DNA of 64,000 nucleotides from Rhynchopus sp. YZ270_cl-10 (taxonomy: Eukaryota). The position numbers and the translations under genes are program-made. Each line of letters starts with the position of its first letter. The first letter of the stretch is position 1. Under the pieces are notes generated by a model, which saw nothing but the letters and a program-made list of their open reading frames with translations, was not told where the DNA came from and ran no database searches. This document shows positions 48,246-58,894 of the stretch, in pieces. The stretch is taken from assembly GCA_964035575.1 (NCBI GenBank), contig OZ037846.1:868001-932000 (forward strand). Reading direction: 5' to 3'.

Positions 48246-48675
48246 CATGGGTGTCCAAAGTACTTGAAGTACTTTTTTCGGATTTTTTATGGCACTTGAA
48301 GTACTTGACCCCCCCTTTTTTTTCCTCTCAAAATGACAGTCAAGTACTTGAAGATGGATCAAGTACTTGACATAAATCAAGTACTTGATACCCTATTTTT
48401 TTTCTCGTACTTTTTTACTTTTTTACCCTCTGGCAGAGTCTGTCAAGTACTTGTTTTCGCAAAAAAAACGTCAAGTACTTGATCAAGTACCCACTTTTTT
48501 TTGTACTTGATCAAGTACTTGATGTTTTTTTTTGTGAAAAAAGTACTTGACAGAGGGAGAACAAGTAAAAAAGTACTAGAAAAAAAAATAGGGTGTCAAG
48601 TACTTCAAGTATCAAGTATTGGGTTTTTTGGGGGATCAAGTACTTGATATACTTCAAGTACTTTGGACATCCATG
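48246..48675. mobile_element. MITE built of palindromic caagtacttg motifs, nested in the Sola-like right arm
   Basis: TIR catgggtgtccaaagtacttgaagta / tacttcaagtactttggacatccatg; flanked by gccagg repeats; absent from the left arm. Confidence 0.8.
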
Positions 48676-49538
48676 GCCAGGGGGAAAAAAAAAATTTTTT
48701 TTTTTTCAGCTGAAAATTGTCTTTGCCAAAAAAAAAATGTTTCGCGGTTTGAAACGTGGGGGGGCAAAAAAAAGCCACCCATATACAAACGATCTATCGA
48801 TACCACCTGTTCATATTTATCCATAATATTATTGAAACACCTTGCCCATGTGCAACGGTTGGTGGACGAGCCCACCTTCGAGTTCTTCGTTCCAGGTAAT
48901 TATTCTGCCTCATTGCTCCGCCGTGCAGTACAACAAATAGAAGGAACTCGGACCCGGTTAAAAAACCCTGTCTCAAACAGCTTTATTCCTAGCTCAGTCC
49001 CGTTTTTTACGCATTCATTGTTGAAGCCTAGTTTTTTCTTCATCTTATCCCTCCCATGTCGCAGCAGGTGCCATAAGGGGGCAATTTTTTGAAAAAGTGC
49101 GATTTGGGTACCTGAGAGTCACAAAAAGGGTGGAAAACGGGGTCACCACATTTTTTTTGGGGCTGTGGGGTGGGTTTTCCGGGGTTTTACCCTTTTTATG
49201 GGGGTTTTGGGCACTTTTGAAAAATGTCACGTTCTCACATACATACGGCTAGGCTGTGTCACACCTGTTACACTTCGAGTGTTATTTTCGCTGATTTTAG
49301 ATTTCATATCACTGTGTCACACGACTTGTGACAGTGTCACACGTTACACAGCCCAGCCTCGTATGCCCTCCCCCCTCCCTCCACACCACCACACCCCACT
49401 CAGCTACCTAGTAGAAGATCACACCTTTTTGTTCAGATTTTTTTTTGGATTGCTTCAGTTCAAATTCTATTTTTTTAAAATTGCAAGGTACATGCAATAA
49501 TTTTCTGTCCTAGTTTGTTGCTTTTGTATTGAGAAAAC

Positions 49539-51635
49539 ATGCAGTGGTCCTGCGCATGGCTGGAGGCAGCGTTCTCCTTGGACGGGACGGCAGGTCCGAA
49601 GGAGACGGCACAGCGTAAAATTTATTTTTGGGTGCTTGTCAGTGCGATGATGGTCTCGACTATGGATGCTATCAGAGCTTATGGTACGGTGCAGGTGCAT
49701 CAGGTCAAGTTTATGACGTATGCGGTGTACTTTCCTGTCTCGCTGGGTGGGGCGCTGCTTGTGCTCTGCAGGGTGAGGCTAACGACACCAGTCATCGTCT
49801 GCACTGCATATGTCGTCACGGTTGCTCTGATGCTGGCGGACCTTTCCGCACGAACCATTAACCACACCTACTGGCCGTCGTTCGTTCTTGTGCTGGACTT
49901 CATGATTGTGCTGCAGGTGCAGGAGCGGTACAGTATCGTGCTCGTGTGCGGTGCCTTCCTGTGGTTGGTCGTAGTAGGGCTAGAGGAGACGTATCGATTT
50001 GGCCTGTTCGACCTACCCGGCCTCCCCTCGCAGGAAGGTGAGCACGGCAGGAGGGCGTACTACAGAGAGCTGACGGAGTGTGAGAATCTGCCCTGTGCCA
50101 CGGATACGATGAAGTATATGGGGGCCTCGCTCAGTGTGTTCGTGGTAGACTTTATCGCAACGCGAGGCTTTGCTCGTAGTCTCCTGAAGGAGCAGGAGTC
50201 AATGGAGCGGACGATCAACACCGTGCAGGAGATTGCATCGTTGCTGGCTGGCTACGACGTGGAGCAGGTGGCGGAGCTGTTGAAGGCGCATGAGGGTGAC
50301 CTGCCTGAGGGGATGACAGAGGCACTGCGTAACTTGGAGGAGAACCTGCGGAAGTACCGTCCCTACCTCCCTGCTGCGCTGTTTGAGTCTGATGAGGGCG
50401 GTGTGCAGCAGCCAACTGTGGCACCGCCTGGGCTTGTCAGCGAGACAGCAACAATTGTGTTCACAGACATCCGTGCGTCGACGTCGATCTGGGAGATTGC
50501 ACCTGAGGGGATGCGTGCTGGACTGCAGATCCACAACGCTGTGATGCGTGAGGTGATGCGGATGTGCGGTGGGTACGAGGTGAAGACCATTGGCGACGCA
50601 TTCATGATTGCCTTTGCATCCACTTGCGACGGTGTGGCGTTTGGGTTGCGTGTGCAGGAACGTCTGTTTGAAGCAGACTGGCCTGTGTCTCTGCTTGAAG
50701 ATGCACCAATCTGCTCTCGGCAGGGGTTGCTGTGGGGTGGTCTGACTGTGCGCATTGGTGTGAACACTGGCCCTGTGACTGTGGAGCAGAACACATTGAC
50801 GGGACGGACAGACTACTTCGGACACACAGTGAACGTTGCATCACGACTTGAGAGCACATGCACACCTGGTGCTGTGGCTGTACCCTCTGACCTGTGGACG
50901 TCTGTCTCTGAGTCGTGCAGTGCTGTTGCTGGTGTGCCAGAGGCAGTTCACTTGAAGGGTGTGGCAGACAGCACGTTGGTGTGCTGTGTGTGGCCTGTCT
51001 CACTTGGGGGACGAAGGGAGACACCACTTTGCGAGTCTGGATCTGCAGGTATGAAGACGGACAGGCTAAAGAGCAAAGGCTTGTCGTCAGCATCCAGCAC
51101 TTCTTTGTTGGTGGCACACTCGAACCGTCAGGACTCCGGCACTGTGGGAGTTGCACAGCTTGCAGTAGGTGACGTGGTGCACAACACAGCTTTTGACCAC
51201 ATGAGCTCAAGACTGACGACACTGACGATCACACTGGAGCAGAGTGGAGGGAGTCTGGTGACGCTGCTTGGGAACTGTGTGTGTGTTGGGTGGAACGTGT
51301 CGCGATCTGCACCTGCACACATGGAGAACGCGATACGGTTTGTGCAGCGCATGTCTGTGAAGTCTACACTGAACGGGGCTGGTCTTGCAAGCGGTCCTGT
51401 GCAGCACGGGGATGTTGGTGCACGGAGCCAGCGCTTTGTGACTGTGATGGGGGATGTTGTGCGTCGGAGTTGGGCGCTGTGCGAGGAGGCTGTGCGTGAC
51501 GGGGTTGTGTGTCTGTACGAGCCTCCTGAAGGGACAACACTGCCGTCTGCACTTGAAGACGTTCTTGTCCGGCACAAGGGTTGTTACCGTGTCCTTGAGG
51601 CACAGGACAACAGAGCAAGGGAAAGTGTGTATTAG
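49539..51635 (+). CDS. 6TM membrane adenylate cyclase, array copy 2
   Basis: Same architecture and catalytic motifs as 38032-40131. Confidence 0.93.
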   Translation: MQWSCAWLEAAFSLDGTAGPKETAQRKIYFWVLVSAMMVSTMDAIRAYGTVQVHQVKFMTYAVYFPVSLGGALLVLCRVRLTTPVIVCTAYVVTVALMLADLSARTINHTYWPSFVLVLDFMIVLQVQERYSIVLVCGAFLWLVVVGLEETYRFGLFDLPGLPSQEGEHGRRAYYRELTECENLPCATDTMKYMGASLSVFVVDFIATRGFARSLLKEQESMERTINTVQEIASLLAGYDVEQVAELLKAHEGDLPEGMTEALRNLEENLRKYRPYLPAALFESDEGGVQQPTVAPPGLVSETATIVFTDIRASTSIWEIAPEGMRAGLQIHNAVMREVMRMCGGYEVKTIGDAFMIAFASTCDGVAFGLRVQERLFEADWPVSLLEDAPICSRQGLLWGGLTVRIGVNTGPVTVEQNTLTGRTDYFGHTVNVASRLESTCTPGAVAVPSDLWTSVSESCSAVAGVPEAVHLKGVADSTLVCCVWPVSLGGRRETPLCESGSAGMKTDRLKSKGLSSASSTSLLVAHSNRQDSGTVGVAQLAVGDVVHNTAFDHMSSRLTTLTITLEQSGGSLVTLLGNCVCVGWNVSRSAPAHMENAIRFVQRMSVKSTLNGAGLASGPVQHGDVGARSQRFVTVMGDVVRRSWALCEEAVRDGVVCLYEPPEGTTLPSALEDVLVRHKGCYRVLEAQDNRARESVY

Positions 51636-51643
51636 TGTTTCGA

Positions 51644-52247
51644 TATATTTTGTGAGCACAAGGTTGTTCATGTTTGATGGGAGTGACACGGACCTGCAAC
51701 TTCCGTTGTTGGGCATTGGGATTGCTTTTATTTTGCTAAGCGTACACGTGGGGTGGGCTATGAGGCGTACACAAGGGATGTAGACACGAATCTTCCCGTT
51801 CAACTGCAAGACGGTTGCTGCACACTTTTTTAAAACACTTTTTTCTTCCGAACTTGTCGTAAATGGACTGGTTATTCTTCAGTGACCTCCCAGGCACACA
51901 GCACTGGAACGTTCAGTTTGTAACTAGTGTGTCAAGCACCCCTGTTTGCAATACTTCACGCACCCCGTTGTCTTGGAGCTGATGTATCATCATTGCGGCC
52001 AGGTTCCTGTTCCCCCTCATCACATCACAGCACATCACATCACATCACTGCAGGTCTTTTTCTCAGGTCGTGGAACACAAGAAGGTGACTACCACCTTAC
52101 CTACTCTCAGGCTTCGCATCGTAACAACGTCGGGTTGGTACGTACCCAAAGCCACCCTTCTGTGCACCGTGCACCCGCCTCGCCGCAAGCAACGTTGACA
52201 AATTCATTTCTTGTCACATTCTTCTGTTGTGTTGACCTCGACAAACA
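51644..52247 (+). repeat. About 600-bp upstream/intergenic unit of the cyclase tandem array (copies at 58302-58894 and 62408-63010)
   Basis: Near-identical sequence from atattttgtgagcacaagg to cctcgacaaaca-ATG. Confidence 0.92.
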
Positions 52248-54344
52248 ATGTGGCGGTGTTGTTGCGCATGGCTGGAGGCAGCGTTAACCCTGGACGGGAC
52301 GGCAGGCCCGAAGGAAGTGAAAAACCGACGGCTGTTCTTCTGGGTGACAGTCCTAGCTGTCATTACGTCTGTTCCAGACTTTCTTCTATATACCAAAGTC
52401 GGAGAGGACCGGTACATCAACATTGCGGCGTACGCGATGTACGTCCCTGTTGCTTTGTATGCCGGCTCGACGATCCTTCGTAAAGACAAGCTAACGACGC
52501 ACGTTGTGGTCGTCACATCATATGTAGTATCCGCCAGCATCTTGCTCTCAGACATCACCGTACGTACCATGAACTCAACACTCTGGCCCGCCATAGTGAT
52601 GGTTCTCGATTTCCTCATCGTGCTGGAAGTAGACGAACGTTACAGTCTAGCGCTTGTGTGCTTCGTAGTCTTGTGGTTGATTGTCATGGGTCTTGAGGAG
52701 ACGTATCGATTTGGCCTGTTCGACCTACCCGGCCTCCCCTCGCAGGAAGGTGAGCACGGCAGGAGGGCGTACTACAGAGAGCTGACGGAGTGTGAGAAGC
52801 TGCCCTGTGCCACGGATCGGTTCATGAATACCGTGATACCCGTCTCCGTGCTTGTCATCGACTTCGTCGCAACGCGAGGCTTTGCTCGTAGTCTCCTGAA
52901 GGAGCAGGCATCAATGGAGCGGACAATCAACACCGTGCAGGAGATTGCGTCGTTGCTGGCTGGCTACGACGTGGAGCAGGTGGCGGAGCTGTTGAAGGTG
53001 CATGAGGGTGACCTGCCTGAGGGGATGACAGAGGCACTGCGTAACTTGGAGGAGAACCTGCGGAAGTACCGTCCCTACCTCCCTGCTGCGCTGTTTGAGT
53101 CTGATGAGGGCGGTGTGCAGCAGCCAACTGTGGCACCGCCTGGGCTTGTCAGTGAGACAGCAACAATTGTGTTCACAGACATCCGTGCTTCAACACAGAT
53201 CTGGGAGATTGCACCTGAGGGGATGCGTGCTGGACTGCAGATCCACAACGCTGTGATGCGTGATGTGATGCGGATGTGTGGTGGGTACGAGGTGAAGACC
53301 ATTGGCGACGCATTCATGATTGCCTTTGCATCCACTTGCGACGGTGTGGCGTTTGGGTTGCGTGTGCAGGAACGTCTGTTTGAAGCAGAGTGGCCTGCGT
53401 CTCTGCTTGAGGATGCACCAATCTGCTCTCGGCAGGGGTTGCTGTGGGGTGGTCTGACTGTGCGCATTGGTGTGAACACTGGCCCTGTGACTGTGGAGCA
53501 GAACACACTGACGGGACGGACAGACTACTTCGGACACACAGTGAACGTTGCATCACGCCTTGAGAGCACATGCACACCTGGTGCTGTGGCTTTGCCCTCT
53601 GACCTGTGGACGTCTGTCTCTGGGTCGTGCAGTGCTGTTGCTGGTGTGCCAGAGGCAGTTCACTTGAAGGGTGTGGCAGACAGCATGTTGGTGTGCTGTG
53701 TGTGGCCTGTCTCACTTGGGGGACGAAAGGGCACACCACTTTGCGAGTCTGGATCGGCAGGTATGAAGATGGAGAGCAAAGGCTCGTCGTTAGCATCGAG
53801 CACTTCTTCGTTGCTGTTGCTCAACACAGCCCCACGACAAGCCTCCGGCACTGTGGGAGTTGCACAGCTTGCAGTGGGTGACGTGGTGCACAACACAGCT
53901 TTTGACCACATGAGCTCAAGACTCACAACACTGACGATCACACTGGAGCAGAGTGGAGGGAGTCTGGTGACGCTGCTTGGGAACTGTGTGTGTGTTGGGT
54001 GGAACGTGTCGCGATCTGCACCTGCACACATGGAGAACGCGATACGGTTTGTGCAGCGCATGTCTGTGAAGTCTGCACTGAACGGGGCTGGTCTTGCAAG
54101 CGGTCCTGTGCAGCACGGGGATGTTGGTGCACGGAGCCAGCGCTTTGTGACTGTGATGGGGGATGTTGTGCGTCGGAGTTGGGCGCTGTGCGAGGAGGCT
54201 GTGCGTGACGGGGTTGTGTGTCTGTACGAGCCTCCTGAAGGGACAACACTGCCGTCTGCACTCGAAGACGTTCTTGTCCGGCACAAGGGTTGTTACCGTG
54301 TCCTTGAGGCACAGGGAGATAGAGCAAGGGAACGTGTGTATTAG
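52248..54344 (+). CDS. 6TM membrane adenylate cyclase, array copy 3
   Basis: Same architecture and catalytic motifs. Confidence 0.93.
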   Translation: MWRCCCAWLEAALTLDGTAGPKEVKNRRLFFWVTVLAVITSVPDFLLYTKVGEDRYINIAAYAMYVPVALYAGSTILRKDKLTTHVVVVTSYVVSASILLSDITVRTMNSTLWPAIVMVLDFLIVLEVDERYSLALVCFVVLWLIVMGLEETYRFGLFDLPGLPSQEGEHGRRAYYRELTECEKLPCATDRFMNTVIPVSVLVIDFVATRGFARSLLKEQASMERTINTVQEIASLLAGYDVEQVAELLKVHEGDLPEGMTEALRNLEENLRKYRPYLPAALFESDEGGVQQPTVAPPGLVSETATIVFTDIRASTQIWEIAPEGMRAGLQIHNAVMRDVMRMCGGYEVKTIGDAFMIAFASTCDGVAFGLRVQERLFEAEWPASLLEDAPICSRQGLLWGGLTVRIGVNTGPVTVEQNTLTGRTDYFGHTVNVASRLESTCTPGAVALPSDLWTSVSGSCSAVAGVPEAVHLKGVADSMLVCCVWPVSLGGRKGTPLCESGSAGMKMESKGSSLASSTSSLLLLNTAPRQASGTVGVAQLAVGDVVHNTAFDHMSSRLTTLTITLEQSGGSLVTLLGNCVCVGWNVSRSAPAHMENAIRFVQRMSVKSALNGAGLASGPVQHGDVGARSQRFVTVMGDVVRRSWALCEEAVRDGVVCLYEPPEGTTLPSALEDVLVRHKGCYRVLEAQGDRARERVY

Positions 54345-54767
54345 CTTTTTTTTATTTTTGTAAGGGCACGTGGTATTACCGAACAACTATCGGGGACATG
54401 TCAAGGACATGCCAAGGACCTGTCAATATAGGGGGGGGTGTGTCATTTTATATTTTACTGGCTATTTTTGTGTGTATTTACGCATGTATCAACAACTTGT
54501 CCATTTTGGCAAAGTGACCCCACTACTGGACGGACGGATGCCAAAGATGCAAATGCCGCGATTTTTGGACGATTCATTTTTCCCGGCCAAAAAACCCACA
54601 CACATTATAAAGCGACACAAGGGGGTGTCGCTTTGAAGACAGGAAGAGCGCCGCAGGCGCACGGTTCGCTACTTTTGCCCTCTTTTCTTTGACTAGTGGA
54701 GGTGGTGGAGGCTTAGCGGCTTGTGAAGGAAGCTGAGACGGTGATGGTGTTTATTGGGTAGGTGTAG

Positions 54768-55449
54768 GTAGGCCTCCGGTATTTTTCAGCTTCTGGAATA
54801 AAATACATAAAATACTTAAAATACATAAAATACCGATAAAATACATAAAATACCAATAAAATACATGGCACACTGAAACCTGTTTTGGAGGCGACACCAC
54901 CTCTCCGGCTTCTCTTTGTGTGCCTGAAACGCCTGAGCCCAAACGGATCGGGAGTGGAACGGCTCTCCTTTCCCATAAAAGAGGCGAGGGACACAGGGCC
55001 TCGTTTCTATCAAGCTCCTCTACCGCATCCTCCCCAGCCTGAAAAAACGAGCGAATGTCAAACTTTTCCAAATACTTAGAAATGAGTACGCCCTCTAAGG
55101 TCTCTACAGGGACGTACCACCTTGGCTCAATATAATTGCTACGAGTGCGTGCGGGTTCTTCTCGTACACCTCCATTCTGTTGTCAAGACTTGCAGATTTA
55201 CCCGTACCTCTGGCACAGGCAGATCACAAATCACCTAACGAAGGGCCCAGAACACGGGTATTGTGTCTCCTAGTCTAGCAGAGGCACCTTCTAACAGAAG
55301 AATAGCCTCGCGAACGATTTTCCCACCCTTGACTGTGGGCATGTATTTTATCATGTATTTTATAAAAAAAACCCAAAAAATAAAATACCATAAAATACCA
55401 AAAATACCAAAAATACCGTATGTTTGAATAATACCAACCGGAGGCCTAC
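54768..55449. mobile_element. MITE with 13-bp TIRs and aaaatac subterminal repeats
   Basis: gtaggcctccggt / accggaggcctac. Confidence 0.7.
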
Positions 55450-55499
55450 GCTACGCCCCCCTTTTTTTCTCTTCCTTTTTGTGTCTTCTTTGGACTAAT

Positions 55500-56402
55500 C
55501 GAGCCGATTGCTGCTCACGGTGGGGTCACAGGTGCCTGTGAAATCACGCACCTTACTACCCAGTGTGCCTCATAGTAAGCTCATACTGCCTCCTTTTTTT
55601 TGCGATTCCCAAAAGCCTACGCGGAAGCCCTGCTCACTGAGTCAGACCGTATCTCAAATAAAGTACACCCACACGGTGGAGTCTGACCAAAATGGCCGGA
55701 CTAAAGGACGGACCCCGGAGTCTGGTTGGCCGGACTCGGCCGGAAAAATTTTCCGTCAAAAAAAATTTTCCGGCCGAAAAAAAAAATTTTTTTTTGGGTC
55801 CCGCCCAGGGCGCGCGCTAAATCCACACCCTCACACCCGGTTTTTTCGAGGTTTTTTCGAGGTTTTTTCGCGGTACAAAAATTTTTTGATTAGGGCACGG
55901 TAATTTTTATTTTTGGTAAGCGTCTGCGTGCGTACTTTTTTTTTGAGATTCCAGGGAAAAAAAATTATGCAGAAAAAAAAATTATAAAGGGGGGCCCTCA
56001 ATAACTCAAGAATGTATTTTAGGTAAAAAATGTATATTTTTCAGCGCAAATTGACCCCATCACAGCACACACAGACTCCTGAGAGCCGAAATCAAAAAAA
56101 ATTTCCCCCGATTTTTTGTGGGCAAAAATTGGTGGGAAAATATTTTTGGTACCTGTATTTCCCCCACTGTAATTTTCCTCTATAATTTTTTTCACCACTC
56201 ATAATTTTTTTTACTGCATAATTTTTTTTTGCGTGCGTGCGTACTTTTTTTTGAGAAGTGCTCTGACGCTTACCAAGAAAAAAAATTACCGTGCCCTTAC
56301 ACGATTTCCTTAAGAAAATCAGAGCATCCCATATTGTACAGTAAGGGCACTTCAGATAGTTTTTGGACACACATGACCCCACCGTGGAGAGCAATCGGCT
56401 CG
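55500..56402. mobile_element. MITE with about 29-bp TIRs, containing a nested MITE at 55892-56297
   Basis: cgagccgattgctgctcacggtggggtca / tgaccccaccgtggagagcaatcggctcg; inner TIR agggcacggtaattttt / aaaaattaccgtgccct. Confidence 0.72.
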
Positions 56403-56537
56403 CGCAATCAAAAGAAAGCAGAGAAAAGGGGAAATAAAAAAGAAAAAAGTTGGGTACCGTGCGCCTGCGGCGCTACCTGTTCCCCACCCCCCCCATGATG
56501 TTTGCCGGTGTTGGCCGGTGAAGTGTCGCGGTAATGG

Positions 56538-57663
56538 GTACTGTGTACTGTGTACTGTGTACTGTGTACTGTGTACTGTGTACTGTGTACTGTGTACTGT
56601 GTACTGTGTACTGTGTACTGTGTACTGTGTACTGTGTACTGTGTACTGTGTACTGTGTACTGTGTACTGTGTACTGTGTACTGTGTACTGTGTACTGTGT
56701 ACTGTGTACTGTGTACTGTGTACTGTGTACTGTGTACTGTGTACTGTGTACTGTGTACTGTGTACTGTGTACTGTGTACTGTGTACTGTGTACTGTGTAC
56801 TGTGTACTGTGTACTGTGTACTGTGTACTGTGTACTGTGTACTGTGTACTGTGTACTGTGTACTGTGTACTGTGTACTGTGTACTGTGTACTGTGTACTG
56901 TGTACTGTGTACTGTGTACTGTGTACTGTGTACTGTGTACTGTGTACTGTGTACTGTGTACTGTGTACTGTGTACTGTGTACTGTGTACTGTGTACTGTG
57001 TACTGTGTACTGTGTACTGTGTACTGTGTACTGTGTACTGTGTACTGTGTACTGTGTACTGTGTACTGTGTACTGTGTACTGTGTACTGTGTACTGTGTA
57101 CTGTGTACTGTGTACTGTGTACTGTGTACTGTGTACTGTGTACTGTGTACTGTGTACTGTGTACTGTGTACTGTGTACTGTGTACTGTGTACTGTGTACT
57201 GTGTACTGTGTACTGTGTACTGTGTACTGTGTACTGTGTACTGTGTACTGTGTACTGTGTACTGTGTACTGTGTACTGTGTACTGTGTACTGTGTACTGT
57301 GTACTGTGTACTGTGTACTGTGTACTGTGTACTGTGTACTGTGTACTGTGTACTGTGTACTGTGTACTGTGTACTGTGTACTGTGTACTGTGTACTGTGT
57401 ACTGTGTACTGTGTACTGTGTACTGTGTACTGTGTACTGTGTACTGTGTACTGTGTACTGTGTACTGTGTACTGTGTACTGTGTACTGTGTACTGTGTAC
57501 TGTGTACTGTGTACTGTGTACTGTGTACTGTGTACTGTGTACTGTGTACTGTGTACTGTGTACTGTGTACTGTGTACTGTGTACTGTGTACTGTGTACTG
57601 TGTACTGTGTACTGTGTACTGTGTACTGTGTACTGTGTACTGTGTACTGTGTACTGTGTACTG
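56538..57663 (+). repeat. 7-bp tandem satellite (gtactgt) x about 160
   Basis: Apparently perfect 1.1-kb array. Confidence 0.98.
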
Positions 57664-58894
57664 GCTGTCCGAAAGACCTGAAAATGACCCTTGTTTACGA
57701 GTATGCCACTATGGGTTCATATTTTGTGAAAATTTAAGTCACCAAAATTTTGTCCATTTTTCCGTATATCCCCCACCACAGCCCGGGATTTTCTCGGAAA
57801 TGTAACATGACCCTGATTTTTCTGCCCCCCTTCACATACTTCCTGTAGGTACATTTTTTTGGACCCGATATCCATTTTTTCGGGAAATTTCCGAAAAGTT
57901 AGCGCGCGCCCTGGTCCCGCCAACCAGACCACTGAAGTCCGGCCTGGCCCTATGAAGTAAGAGAAAACCTAATGGAGTGGAAACGTAGTGAGAGCACAGC
58001 GGAAACGATAGTGCGAATGCAACGAGCTTTTTTTCATAATGTTTTATTCTCCCCCACAAAATATCACGCGTCCGTTGTTTGTTTTTCTCAACGACACCCT
58101 TTTTCAACTTCCCTCCCCGGTATCACATATGCTACTATCTTTGCATGGATACACATGCAGAGTTCCGTGCTATTCACAGAACTCGATTCGGAATTGAGCG
58201 TATCTAACAACAACCAAAAGAAAAGAAAACACAAAGAAGAGAAATGAGGTAAAATTGACAATGAGAAAAAAAAAAGATATTTTGACAAAGGGACAATCAA
58301 CTATATTTTGTGAGCACAAGGTTGCTCATGTTTGATGGGAGTGACACGAACCTGCAACTTCCGTTGTTGGGCATTGGTATTGCTTTTATTTTGCTAAGCG
58401 TACACGTGGGGTGGGCTATGAGGCGTACACAAGGGATGTAGACACGAATCTTCCCGTTCAACTGAAAGACGGTTGCTGCACACTTTTTTCTTTTCCGAAC
58501 TTGTCGTAAATGGACTGGTTATTCTTCAGTGACCTCCCAGGCACACAGCACCGGAACGTTCAGTTTGTAACTAGTGTGTCAAACACCCCTGTTTTCAATA
58601 CTTCGCACACCCCGTTGTCTTGGAGCTGATGTATCATCATTGCGGCCAGGTTCCTGTTCCCCCTCATCACATCACAGCACATCACATCACATCACTGCAG
58701 GTCTTTTTCTCAGGTCGTGGAACACAAGAAGGTGACTACCACCTTACCTACTCTCAGGCTTCGCATCGTAACAACGTCGGGTTGGTACGTACCCAAAGCC
58801 ACCCTTCTGTGCACCGTGCACCTACCTTGCCGCAAGCAACGTTGACAAATTCATTTCTTGTCACATTCTTCTGTTGTGTTGGCCTCGACAAACA

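Larger units (their letters stand above)
45856..48780. mobile_element. Sola-like DNA transposon relic with about 500-bp inverted arms, a decayed DDD transposase and two nested insertions
   Basis: Ends gggtg...caccc, 4-bp TSD atat; + strand relics VVVMDYKQK, (W>stop)ADAGRNF, HGK-NGCDSHFG; CCHC knuckle CSKCDKKGHNSRTC in the arms. Confidence 0.75.

Noticed and set aside
56518..57805. Three long ORFs (YCVLCTV)n of 387-423 aa
   Set aside because: Artefact of a stop-free 7-bp satellite
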